Part shown: positions 1 through 11,759 of the stretch, in pieces
How positions within the stretch are numbered: the stretch's first letter is position 1
Layout: each line of letters starts with the position of its first letter
NCBI GenBank assembly: GCA_964016885.1
Contig: OZ024744.1
Span: forward strand, 40,982,001-41,046,000
Direction: 5' to 3'
Length of the DNA: 64,000 nt
Source: Eledone cirrhosa
Lineage: Eukaryota
Notes under the pieces: model-generated
The model's input: only the letters and a program-made list of their open reading frames with translations
What the model was told of the DNA's origin: nothing
Database searches by the model: none
Made by a program: the position numbers and the translations under genes

Positions 1-557
1 GGAAAGACGCGTCTAGCAAACGGTGACCACACCTGATCACCGTCAAGGAAGAGGTGGAGATGTCGTAGCCTGAGCGCGTGTCTGCGCATCATCAGCCACG
101 GCATGCCCAGCACTGCGTAGCGGGTGTTGACAGGAGATGGACCGCCTGACAATCGGAGCGTATCTCTTCCACAAAAAGCGAAACAGCAAACGCTCCAGCG
201 CAGTCAGGCGGGGCTTAGGACAAGGCACAACGGTCAGGCGGTAGTAGATGACGGGCGCGATGTACGCGTTCGCCACCTCCGCTCGACCTTTCTGGAGTAG
301 CTTCCTTTCTGCCCATTTCTGGGTGAGAGAAGCCACCCTGCTCGTCACCTCGTCCCAGTTTCTATCCGTCTGGAGGTCCGGACCGAACCAGAACACTAGC
401 AATTTAAACGTTCTGTCTGTCCAGCGCCCGATGACGCTGTTGGACGGCATGGACCTGCCTCTCCAGGTGCCGAGCTGCAGGCCCACCGACTTTTCCTGGT
501 TGATCATTGCTCCTGTCACCGCGTCGTATTCCCTTAGTGTGGTGCCGATCACCTCGA
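1..557 (-). mobile_element. L1/Tx1-clade non-LTR retrotransposon fragment (region C-terminal to RT, degenerate), runs off the window start
   Basis: ORF 43-552 has WAERKLLQKGRAEVANAYI...FRFLWK, the post-RT pattern of L1/Tx1 ORF2; GC-rich relative to flanks. Confidence 0.7.
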
Positions 558-775
558 TAATAATAATAATAGTAATACTGGTGCTACTGCCTCAGCTGCT
601 GCTAGTGTTAGTAATAACAACACCAACAACAGCAACAACAGTAGCAGCAAAAACTACAACAGCAGCTACAGCAGCAACACTAATAGGATGTATGAAGATA
701 ATTATATCAATAATGGGATAATATTCACCCACTCAATATTTAAAGATTGGGAGATATATGAAGGTGTGGTTTTGA

Positions 776-807
776 GAGAGAGAGGAGGGGAGGAAGGAAG
801 GAAGGAA

Positions 808-865
<58 letters not shown>

Positions 866-1256
866 AAAAAAGAAAAAAGAAAAAAAGAAAAAAAGAAAAA
901 AGAAAAAAAGAAAAAAGAAAAAAAGAAAAAAAGAAAAAAAAGAAAGAAAAAAAGAAAAAAGAAAAAAAGAAAAAAAGAAAAAAAGAAAAAAAGAAAAAAA
1001 GAAAAAAAGAAAAAAAGAAAAAAAGAAAAAAAGAAAAAAAGAAAAAAAGAAAAAAAGAAAAAAAAGAAAAAAAGAAAAAAAGAAAAAAAGAAAAAGAAAA
1101 TAGAAAGAGGGGAAGGAAATATATATATAAAAGAGAGAATGACAGAAAGACAGATGGAAATAAATAAATAAATAAAGAGAGAAAGAAAGCTAGATAGAAA
1201 GAAGGAAAGAAAAACAAAGATATAAAGAGGGAAAGAGAAAGAAAAAACAAGAAAAA
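776..1256. repeat. Purine-rich simple repeat (AAAG / A-run-G units)
   Basis: Direct inspection; produces spurious K/E/R and F/S/L ORFs. Confidence 0.95.
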
Positions 1257-1604
1257 CGCATAATTTCAAAGAATTGCATCGAACTTCAAATGAGAAACAA
1301 ATGTTTCAAGAGAATTCTCTCACAGAGAGACAAATTGGCATCCCCATATATAATTATATATATTTCTCATTATATAGAACAATATGGTAAACTGATAACA
1401 AGATAGAAGTTCTTTCTATCGCAAAGGAAATCTCATTCAAAGACTATAACTGTTTGGTTCTCTTTCGAAATATAATAGAGTATAACTACTTCAATTTGAT
1501 AAGAATTCCTCTCTCTTACTATCTCTCTCTTTCTTTCTCTCTCCTTCTTTTATATATGTGGAAGATGGATGTTAAATGATAATGATGATACATTCATATA
1601 TATA

Positions 1605-1678
<74 letters not shown>

Positions 1679-1681
<3 letters not shown>

Positions 1682-2290
1682 TGGCTGCCAACTCGTTTTC
1701 GAGTACGGCCACTACTTTATATCCATGTAGGAGAACCCCTACCAATGCGCTGAACGAGTGTGACTTTTTAGTCCAGCCAGCGACTTGAAAACTCTGGTAC
1801 AAACACTACACTTGTGACAATTATTGACACATAGTGCTGGGCCCATGGTACCATGTGACGACAAGTGCAGAGAGATCTCCAGATATAAAGCAATGCCTGT
1901 GCCGTGAAGCTTTTATAGTGAGCAAAGGCACTGCACAAAGCCAGTCCCACTCTCTTAACCAAGATGATATTTACCAAAAAGAAGAACAAGTCAACATCAT
2001 TGGATACCATCAGAGTTGCAGGTGTTATATCAGAGTTTTCCTTCTCCTAGAATTCTGCCTTGACAAAGGCTAAGGGGTCATCTCTCCCGGTGATTTTGGA
2101 TGGCCATTGACTCTTAAGAGCTCCTTTGCCCTTTGACAGGTTTTGTTTTTAGTCCTGCAGGATGTCCAAAGTCACCCTCCTCACCAAGAAACCTTGGTGG
2201 GGTTGCCAGTTTAGTCGCCAACGACCCGACCATGAGACAGGTTGTACTGGGATACATGTTACCAGTAGCACCAACTAGTGACCTGACATA
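1679..2290. mobile_element. Non-coding ~610-bp interspersed repeat (SINE-like or RTE-UTR-derived), copy 1
   Basis: Near-identical inverted copy at 59693-60303 and diverged copy at 31643-32062; left end abuts (TA)n. Confidence 0.8.
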
Positions 2291-2329
2291 TAAGGTTGAG
2301 ACGCTTTCGTATATATATATATATATATA

Positions 2330-3659
2330 CTAGCAGAAGTGCCCGGCGTTGCTCGGGGCTGAGGAACTGATGTATTGTAATGAATATTCCATCTCGTTTG
2401 GTTTGCAAGCCTGGTGTGTCATGGTCTCTGTTAACTACGGTATATATAATCTGGTTGCAGCTAGAAAAATAGACATACCGCAGCAGGGTTTGTACCTACA
2501 TAGGTGATCCCCTGTCTATTTGACTTTCGCCTGACCTAACTGAGGTCGTAGGTGAAAGGGATAGAATCAATCACTTTTTGACAGGACGAAGAAAACGTTT
2601 GTTGGTGCCTGTTTCTGTTGTGGTTTTGGGTTCAATCCCTAATTTTTTTTATTCCTTACTGAAAGTACTTAATGAACCTGTGAACGTCCCTAGCAGTTAA
2701 GAATGAGAAATTGAATTGTTTCTGGCGCGATTGTACTCTCGTCATTGTTAACGAAAACTACATTGAAACACGCACACACACACGTGTGTATTGACGGTAA
2801 TACACACACACACACACAAGCTAACGGCGACATTTATATAAACTTTTCATGCTATATAACATCGTACTGACTACATAGCCTTTTACCTGCTACATAGCTT
2901 TACCGGCTACATAATGAATACCGGCTACGCAATTGATCTTGTTGTTTAAGGAAGTCTACGAATAGTGTTTTAAAAAATTATTTGTTAACTCACATGATGT
3001 GAAATGGAAGGGTAGTATTATCGCCATGAAGATTAACAACCGAAAATGAAAATAATTATGTAGTTTGATTTTACGATTGAAAGAAAATAATTGTCGCAAA
3101 TTAGAATTTTTATTTGTTAATGAAGTGTGTATGTGTGGTTAGACATCCGGCACGTGGTTAAATTGATTTAAAGTTTTATTATTCATTTGATGTGAGTGTG
3201 TGTTTGTATGTGTTTGCAAATAAATAAATCAGTTTGAAGACTCACATTTAGAATAAACGAAATTGTACGTTAATGTGGCCAATGTTTTTGTTGTTTAGTC
3301 TGTAAAGTGTATGAGTGAGAGAGTAAAACGGACAGTATCACCATCAACATTAACAATGTAAAATGAAAAGAATAGTTGTTTCAGCTTGGAAAGAGAAAGT
3401 AGCAGAAAGTATGAAGTTGTATAGATTTTGAAAGGTAATGGAAAGGATTTAGCACTTGAAATGAGAGAGGTAAATCGTAAAATATTGAGTTTTATCGATA
3501 TTTTGCGTAATTGTGGGTGAAATTGAAAAAATTATATGTACCAAGACCCAATCGAAGCTATTTCGAATACTGAATTGTAAATTTCAATTGAAGAAATTCT
3601 ATATCGTAGATTTCTATAACAAAGAAACATGACCATACACTGAGCTTTATAGATTATGA
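2330..3659 (-). mobile_element. Non-autonomous Helitron (~1.3 kb)
   Basis: On the minus strand it starts TC(ATAATCTATAAAG) at 3659 and ends with hairpin CCCGAGCAACGCCGGG followed by CTAG (2330-2333); sits between A and T inside (TA)n, no TSD. Confidence 0.75.
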
Positions 3660-3738
3660 TATATATATAGTGACGAAACATAAGTCAATCGCATGAACTC
3701 ATAATCCTTTATTTACTGCTATATATATATATATAAAT

Positions 3739-3801
<63 letters not shown>

Positions 3802-3980
3802 AAGAGAAAAAGAGAGAAAGAGAGAAAGAGAGAGAAATATACATGGGTGTGTATGATTGTGTATAGAAGATTATATTAAAAGGAATTCCAATTTTGTCTG
3901 ATTTAGTCGTTTTATTTACAATCCTTTAACATTGATAATGGTATTAGAATGAAGTAGAATATTAAATGTTAAGTGTTAAT

Positions 3981-4019
3981 TAAACAAGTACTTTCATGCT
4001 TTCGCAATCTTCAGGTTCA
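3981..4019 (-). ncRNA. Minimal type-I hammerhead ribozyme motif
   Basis: Minus strand reads TGAAC-CTGAAGA-TTGCGAAAGCAT-GAAA-GTAC-TT-GTTTA. Confidence 0.7.
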
Positions 4020-4070
4020 TATTCTGTGGTGACAGTTGAACATTTCAAACTTGACTGTCACCACAGAATA

Positions 4071-4109
4071 TGAACCTGAAGATTGCGAAAGCATGAAAGT
4101 ACTTGTTCA
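4071..4109 (+). ncRNA. Minimal type-I hammerhead ribozyme motif
   Basis: Stem I TGAAC/GTTCA, core CTGAAGA, stem II TGC-GAAA-GCA, GAAA, palindromic loop GTAC, then UH. Confidence 0.8.
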
Positions 4110-4284
4110 ATTAACACTTAACATTTAATATTCTACCATACTATTTCATTCTAATACCATTATCAATGTTAAAGGATTGTAAATAAAACGAGTAAATCAG
4201 ACAAAATTGGAATTCCATTTATTAATATATATATATATATATACGATATTAAACAAATGGAAACTATATTTATAAAACCATATT

Positions 4285-4350
4285 TATTTCATTATACATA
4301 TTTCGGGGATACCATATTAAAAATATGGCATGCCTTCGTCAGATAAAATA
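4285..4350 (-). ncRNA. Type-I hammerhead ribozyme motif in 3' pLTR (sense to the element)
   Basis: Reverse complement of the motif at 8086-8151. Confidence 0.75.
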
Positions 4351-5998
4351 CAATATATAAACAGTTTTATAAATAATTTTGACGTACCATAAATATGAGC
4401 GACCATTATGTAGGAAGCTGGTTTGGTAGTGAAGTGTTTATAAATATTTAGTGTTAAGCACAGTTATAAAGAAAGACGGAGAAAAAGAAGGAATGTATGT
4501 AAAGAAAAACAGAGAGAAATAGAGAGAGGTAGGGGAGAGAGAAATAAGGAGGAGGTGAAAAAAGAGAGGCAACCGAAGGCAACAGATGAATAATAATAAT
4601 TCATCATACAAATTGAGAGATTTAAGAGGGAGGGAGTACGGTAATTATTTAGTTATAGTGTTAAGGACAGTTAGAGAGGAGACGGAGAGAAATAAAAATG
4701 GAGATGAAGAGAAAACAGAGAGAGAGATAGAGGTGGGGGGAAAAAGAAAGAGGGAGACAAAATAATAATAATTATATAGGGGAGGTGAAAATCAAGAGAG
4801 AAATAAGAGAGAAACCTGAGAGGCAAAGTTAAAACAACAGATACATAAACTTCATCATATATAAAGAGAGAGGAGAAGAAAGAGCTATATCTAGAGAGAG
4901 GGATGATAGAGTTACATCTTTACGTCATGTCCTATCAATTTGAATTATCAATTCACATGAACTGGGTAATATAATGTAAATATCAATATTCATGAATGAG
5001 ACATAGATATATAATGTGTGAAAATAATTTTGCTCAATAATAGTTTAATAGTTTAAAACTCTGAGGTCAATGTACCAAAAACTGAGATACATCTTCAAAA
5101 AATTACCCTATTTATAAAAATACGGAGATATATAAGTATATACATACACATGCATATGCACTTTCTGGAAAAGGAAAGAAAAAGAGAAAGAGAAAGTCAT
5201 GTCAAGCTCTAGTTGATATTATAGACATACCCATGACTTTACGTGATCAACTCTGTAATTTCTTGTTTCACAAAAAAAATGTTTTCCTTGTGTTATAAAA
5301 TATTTCACTATATATATATACATAAAAAATAAACGATTAATATCCATGCCCTCACATACACGATTATCGTTCATGTATAGAATACTATGCATATCTGTAA
5401 CATATACAGAACTATACCCACACATACATATAGATATATATGTATGCACACATACAGGTACATGGACAGATAAAATATACTCTGTAGTCATTCCATATGC
5501 ATAATAATACATATGACCTTTGTACAGAGACAACCAGATATCAATATATCAGCACAGAAATATCAAAACGTTAAAATATTTTCATCACTCCCTAGGGTAT
5601 CTCAGGCCACAAAAACACAGTATGCTTCTTATATTTACCACATAAATCTACCCTTCCAATTTATCAGACAATATATTGCCAAGTTCTTTAGAAGCAATCA
5701 GAATCAAAAAGCAAACAAAAAACCAAAAATTATTTAGCAAAAATCATTAAATGGATTTAGGAGACCCTGTGGTTCTACGGATGCTCTTATATTTAGTATA
5801 GAGGTTTATCTTGCGTAAAATTTATTTAATACATTGGGAGCATCTACATTTTAGAGTAGTTTAATTACATCATTAGTTTATATTTATGAAGAAGGTTTAA
5901 AAGAAAAAGTTGAAGGAATTGAAACATTTATCGTCAGGTTTCATACATTAATTAAATTTCTTAATTAATTATACTACATTTTAAATTTATATTTATAT

Positions 5999-7818
5999 TT
6001 AAACGTTGAAGTTCAATCTATGTCTGCAGCAACTGAATAAATTGCTCCTTAAATTTAGGGAATTTTTGGATTTTAATATAAAGAATATCTCCTCCACACA
6101 GAGATCACATGTCTCAGATGAGGAATTAAAAGGAATCCCTCTTGAGACAATATTCCAAAACATCGAATACCCAACGTTATCACGTTTAAGTTGCCAGAGT
6201 AAGCTTGATAGTGAAGTTGAAGATTTTTTGTTTAGATCTGTGAAAGAATTCTTATGATTATTGTAGCGAAGTTTAAATTCTGTCGAGGTGGAACCAACAT
6301 AGTTGAAAGAATTTAAGTTAGTTTTAACATTACAATTGTATATTATATTTTTCACTAAGCAATTGTTATTTAACGGACATTTAGATTTATTTCTACAGTT
6401 ACAGTTGTTTAATTGAATATTGTTTGGGTTATTATTGGTATTTTGGTTAGGTTTTAAATTCCTATTATTTATTCTGTTAATATTTTGTGCTAAATTTTTG
6501 GTGGACGAGTAAGTTAATTTTATAGTATGTCTATTAAAAATTGAGTGATATTTATGTGTTCTAGGGAAGCGTTTGTCAAGAGCATTAAAAAATAGTTTAG
6601 CAATGTAGGTTTTAGTATTTAGTGAGAAAGGGGGGGGGGGCAAACCATATTATATTTCTAGTTCTATTTCTTTTCTGGCTTTTGGAATTATTGTAATGTT
6701 TTCTATTATAGTTGTTAATGTTGTTACCGTAATTAAAATTGTTATTATTTTGGTTAGTTTGCCTATTATTATCGATGTACTTAATGTTATCACTATATCC
6801 TGCTCTAGCTAACGCTTCATTGTAATACTGCGCTTTTTCATCGAAAATATATTTATTAGATGAAATTCTTGAGATTCGTTCTTGAACAGAGTTCACTATA
6901 GTATTTTTAACAGATCTGGGGTGATTAGAGTTAAAATTGACATAATTCAAGTTTTCATTTAGTTTGTGAAATGGATAGTGAAGACATGTGTTGAGATTTA
7001 GTGTTACATCTAGGAAATTGACTATTCTATGGTTATTCTCTATTTCTATTTTTAGATTAAGGTAATTAAAAAATTGTATAATTTGTTTTCTTTTTCTATT
7101 TAGTTCAGAGTTATTATTTTCAATAAGTAAAAGCATGTCATCACGATATAATCCTCCGGGTACACCTGGTATTTTTCTATGCAGCGAATTAATTATAAAT
7201 AGGCCCACAAGGTCCGTTACCTGAGCTGAGTCAGATGATCCCATAGTTATGTCGAAATTATTATCTCTATCTGCCCTAGTCCATAGTTGGTTGGTTATTA
7301 AATTCTATCAATGTTTTCCTTGCCGATAATATAATGTGCATTTCATTGCTAGTTAGGTCTGTATGTTTGAATGCGTAATTTAGTGCCTTATTCAGTAGAT
7401 TAGGGGTAATAGATGAATAGTAGTTAGCAATATCTAGTTGAATAAATTTATTATTATTGTTGTATTTAATTTCTTTAAACCACTCAATAACCTCACCAGT
7501 CCCCTTCCATAAGTTTAAGTAAGGTAAATTATATAAGTTTTTAATTTGCTGTATCACCCTGTCTAGAATGTTTTTGCTAAGTTTACCCAGGTCAGATTTT
7601 TATGGTGCAATCAATCTGACTGGCAAATCATTTTCAAAATTTCTTTTGTGATCTTTCATATTGATCTTGGGTTTCCTAGGCATGAAGGGTTGTGTTTTGT
7701 TCTCAATGTCTAACTCATGCATTATACAAGATGCCTCAACATTCATTTTTTCCAGTTCGTCCTTATTTGCTACCTTGTACTTTTTCCTTAGTTCTTTCAA
7801 TATAAGGCCATTATACAT
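5999..7818 (-). pseudogene. Disrupted PLE reverse transcriptase / GIY-YIG endonuclease (Naiad-type)
   Basis: Pieces 7600-7818 (KDHK), 7276-7557 (FIQLDIANYY), 6612-7244 (GGLYRDD, VNFLDVTL), 5999-6643 (CNCRNKSKCPL, YVGST); frameshifts between them. Confidence 0.9.
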
Positions 7819-8085
7819 CTCAATTTGTATGATGAATTATTATTATTCATCTGTTGCCTTCGGTTGCCTCTCTTTTTTCACCTCCTCCTCATTTCTCTCT
7901 CCCCTATCTCTCTCTATTTCTCTCTGTTTTTCTTTACATACATTCCTTCTTTTTCTCCGTCTTTCTTTATAACTGTGCTTAACACTAAATATTTATAAAC
8001 ACTTCACTACCAAACCAGCTTCCTACATAATGGTCGCTCATATTTATGGTACGTCAAAATTATTTATAAAACTGTTTATATATTG

Positions 8086-8151
8086 TATTTTATCTGACGA
8101 AGGCATGCCATATTTTTAATATGGTATCCCCGAAATATGTATAATGAAATA
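8086..8151 (+). ncRNA. Type-I hammerhead ribozyme motif in inverted 5' pLTR
   Basis: TATTTTAT-CTGACGA-[stem II ATGCCATATT/AATATGGTAT]-GAAA-TATGTA-TA-ATGAAATA. Confidence 0.75.
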
Positions 8152-8279
8152 AATATGGTTTTATAAATATAGTTTCCATTTGTTTAATATCGTATATCTA
8201 CTCCAAAAACTTGTCGAGTGCTTTATATCAGTTATAAAATATTTACTTGTTGTAACCCAACAATTTTAAATAAAACTTT

Positions 8280-8327
<48 letters not shown>

Positions 8328-8504
8328 ATTCAAGAGTAACCAATCTTAAAGAGAGTGATGGATATAGGAGAGGAGATATGAGAGGAGAGATTGGTGAATT
8401 AGTTAGAAGCCAAAGTGTAAAGGCATGTGCTCAATGTGAAATATGCAGTAGAAAACAGCTAGGTGGCTGAGTTCATGCAGAAGTTAGGTGCACAGAGCTG
8501 GAAA

Positions 8505-9098
8505 TATTCATTAGTTAAGCAAAACAAGACCACAAATTTCACAAGGAAGACATTATTAAAAGATTGTGAACATATTTTAGTTTGATGTAAGGAATGTAGA
8601 GAATAATAATAATAATAATATTAATAATAATAATGTCCGTTTACAATTGTTTCGCTACACCATATGATATTTCTGGATCAGATCAATATATATCATAATT
8701 GATCTGGTTCAGTTGAAAATAATTAACATATTGGTGTCTTTGTTGCATCAGTTGTCAGCCATAATCAAGCAGTATTCATCTGTCGAGGCTGCATTGTGTG
8801 AGATCTGCCATAGTGAAAAACCAATATATGGAACATTATATTATGTAACATTCTCTCATTATTTTAATTTATATTCCTTTGAAGTTCCGATGAGCCGCTC
8901 TGTCTTTTAAATATGTTAATTATTTTCAACTGAACCAGATCAATTATGATATATAGTCGTCTGATCCAGAAATTATATATGGAGTAGCGAAACAATTGTA
9001 AACGGACATTATTATTATTAATATTATTATTATTATTCTCTACATTCCTTACATCAAACTAAAATATGTTGACAATTGTTTTGCTTAACTAATGAATA
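8505..9098. repeat. Inverted repeat of a PLE terminal fragment with a degenerate hammerhead (8884-9003, +)
   Basis: Arms ~8505-8730 and ~8912-9098; GTT-CCGATGA-[~100-nt stem II]-GAAAC-AATT-GTA-AAC. Confidence 0.65.
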
Positions 9099-9212
9099 TA
9101 TAAATATATGTATATATATATATTTATTAAAATAACAGATTACAGTTTAAGCAAAGAATCGCTGCTTTCACCCTTAACGGGATCTTCTGAAACTAACAAA
9201 GTATATATATAT

Positions 9213-10630
9213 ATCATCACCGTTTAACTCCGTTCTTCCACGCTAGCATGGGTTAGACAGGTTGTCCTGTTGTGGGCAGTGTCTGGTCGGCTGACCATGC
9301 CTTGATCATACAGGAACTGATTTGGCTTGATTTCTACAGCTGGATGCCCTTCTTAACACCAACCTCATTTACAGTGAGTGTTGGGTGGTTTTTTGTGGCG
9401 CCTACACGTCCACTTTACAGTGTGGGCTGGGTGCTTTTTTGCTGTGGCACCTCCACGACCACCTTGCAGTGGCAGGGTGTGGGGGTATATTGTCTATATG
9501 CTTCAGCTTCTACCCATGGGAAGTCGGGTACTCTGTATTACTGCGTGAAGCCAGATGTCACGGTCGTGTGTCATCGCTTTTGAGAGGTGTAATTGGGTAA
9601 GGTCGGCTTTTATCATCTTGGGTCTCCCCACTCCGCGGTTTCCATCGACTTCTAGTGCTCTGCACCTTTTTATGCAGCTGTCATCCTTCATACGCATCAC
9701 ATGTCCATACCAACGCAACCGCCTCTCCTGCACACAGCATTTGATTCCTCTTATGCTCATTCTCTCTCTCAATTCATTTATGCTTTGCCGTTCACGTATA
9801 TTACTATTACACATCCATCGGAGCATGCAGGCTTCGTTTCTCTCTAATCTACGTAAGTCTTCCACCTTCAGTGCCCAGGTCTTACTACCATGTAACATTG
9901 CTGTTCGGATACACACATCATACAGTCTGCCTTTTATTTTGAAGGAAAAGCCTTTTGCAGCTAGCAGTGACAGTAGTTCCTTGAACTTCTTCCATCTCGT
10001 TCTCACCCTAGTTATTGTACTTTCTGAACACCCACCTCCGCTGCTAATTCGGTCACCTAGGTAGCAGAAGCTGTCTGCTGTCTCTACAGGGCCCTCCCAG
10101 AGATTGGTGGTACTTGTTTCCTGTGGCTGTTTGCTGCTTGCTGTCCCAGTGCAGCTGCTGCATGTGAATCCTACATTCTTAATTAAGCTTCCTGAGAACC
10201 CGCTACATCTCTTGTGTACCCATTGTTTGCATTTGGGGCAGAGAATTGAGTTCCTACCTACACCTTTCCTACATACTGAGCAAGGCCATTTCCCTGAGGG
10301 GATCTGGGTTCTGTTTTCTTGTCTACTTACAAGCACCTTAGTCTTTGTCATGTTGACTTTGAGACCCTTTCTTTCTAGTCCCTGCTTCCAAGTTTGGAAT
10401 TTCTTCTCTAGTTCTACCATAGATTCAGCTATAAGTGCGAGGTCATCAGCATAGAGGAGTTCCCATGGGAATCCGGTCTTAAACTCCTCCGTTATTGCCT
10501 GCAGGACTATGATGAACAGGAGAGGGCTAGGAGAGGGCTAAGAACAGAGCCCTGTACGCTAAATTCCTCGCTATACTCATTGCTAATCCTAACTTTGCTG
10601 ACTGCTCCCCGAAACATGGCTTGTACATAG
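9213..10630 (-). mobile_element. RTE-clade LINE, 3' fragment
   Basis: ORF 9503-10420 (LKVNMTKTKVL, FCYLGD, RRLRWYGHV), LLYADD just upstream, (CAT)n tail at 9214; same family as 51457-54990. Confidence 0.92.
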
Positions 10631-10721
10631 CTTATATATGTATATATGGCCTATACATGGCTTATATATGTATAAATGGCGTATACATGGCCTATACATG
10701 GCTTATATATGTATATATATT

Positions 10722-10800
10722 CCTGAACCAGGCGATGAGTTATGTCCTTGAGCAAGACACTTTATTTCACATTGCTCGTTCTACCTGGAATTGCGCTTGT
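10722..10800 (+). mobile_element. SINE core fragment
   Basis: GTCCTTGAGCAAGACACTTTATTTCACATTGCTC, shared (inverted) with 24695-24815. Confidence 0.55.
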
Positions 10801-10913
10801 TAGATAGTATTAGCAATTGGAAAGACCAACGGAAACATTGTTTCCTCAGTCCGATTTGACGAAAGTCGATCGTTCCAAATATATATATGTGTATATATTT
10901 TAATATAGAAATT

Positions 10914-10962
10914 GCTTCTACAGGACAAGAACTGTTTCATTCGGAGGAAATCATCAGAAAGC
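10914..10962 (-). ncRNA. Type-I hammerhead ribozyme motif with a full 4-bp stem III, in a solo PLE terminal fragment (~10905-11220)
   Basis: Minus strand: GCTTT-CTGATGA-TTTCCTCCGAAT-GAA-ACAG-TTCTTGTC-CTGT-A-GAAGC (GUA cleavage triplet). Confidence 0.8.
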
Positions 10963-11239
10963 CGACTGTCATTGTAAATTTCTGGTATTTATACATTTTG
11001 TCATGGTAAGGGAAGGGTAGTGGTGATGGGGGTTGGGGGTTGGGGGGTGGGGGTAGAGGTCATGGTGGGATTAAAGGGTGGGGATTCTTAGAAAAAACAA
11101 AATTTATTTAGAGAAAGAAGTTTAGTGGCAAGTTGCAATTGAAATAAACACTTCCTTATTCTATAGTACAATTTTGAACAAAAGGTATATCAAGTAGTTG
11201 ATAGAAGATCTGTGGAAATGGTAGGTTAGGACTTGGTCA

Positions 11240-11758
11240 CAAGCACACACGCGCCCATGCGCGCGCACACACACACTCACACACGCACATAAATACATAT
11301 ATACACATACATATACATATATACAGACACACATGTATATATATATATATATGTGTGTATATATACAAATATATATATATACGTGTGTGTGTGTATATAT
11401 ATATATACACATATATACACACACACATATATATACACACACTCTAACACAAATAATATATATATATATATATACATACATACATACATATATACACACA
11501 CACACATATGTATATATATATATATATATATACATACACACATATATATATATACACACACACATATATATTCTATATATATATACACATATATACACAT
11601 ATATACAAATATACACATATATACACATACATACATACACACACATATATATACATATATATACACATATATACATATACATATATATATATATATATAC
11701 ATATATACATAATATATACATAATATACACATATACAAACACATACACATATATATAC
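11240..11758. repeat. Compound (CA)/(TA) microsatellite
   Basis: Direct inspection. Confidence 0.95.
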
Positions 11759-11759
11759 T

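Larger units (their letters stand above)
3876..4222. repeat. Palindrome formed by two inverted PLE terminal fragments (~160-bp arms)
   Basis: 3880-4036 is the reverse complement of 4054-4217 with few mismatches; each arm carries a hammerhead motif. Confidence 0.85.
4242..8280 (-). mobile_element. Penelope-like element, Naiad-type, 5'-truncated, with inverted terminal repeats
   Basis: Arms 4242-4619 and 7818-8194 are inverted copies; fragmented RT+GIY-YIG ORF between them; hammerhead in each arm. Confidence 0.9.

Noticed and set aside
688-1269. Lys/Glu-rich and Phe/Ser-rich ORFs
   Set aside because: Translations of a simple purine repeat
1834-2073. ORFs conserved between 1768-2073 and 59909-60214
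   Set aside because: Conservation reflects two recent copies of one repeat; the frames are not kept in the diverged copy at 31643
9555-10454. Antisense ORFs over RTE, Gypsy and PLE coding regions
   Set aside because: Shadow frames of the transposon ORFs on the opposite strand
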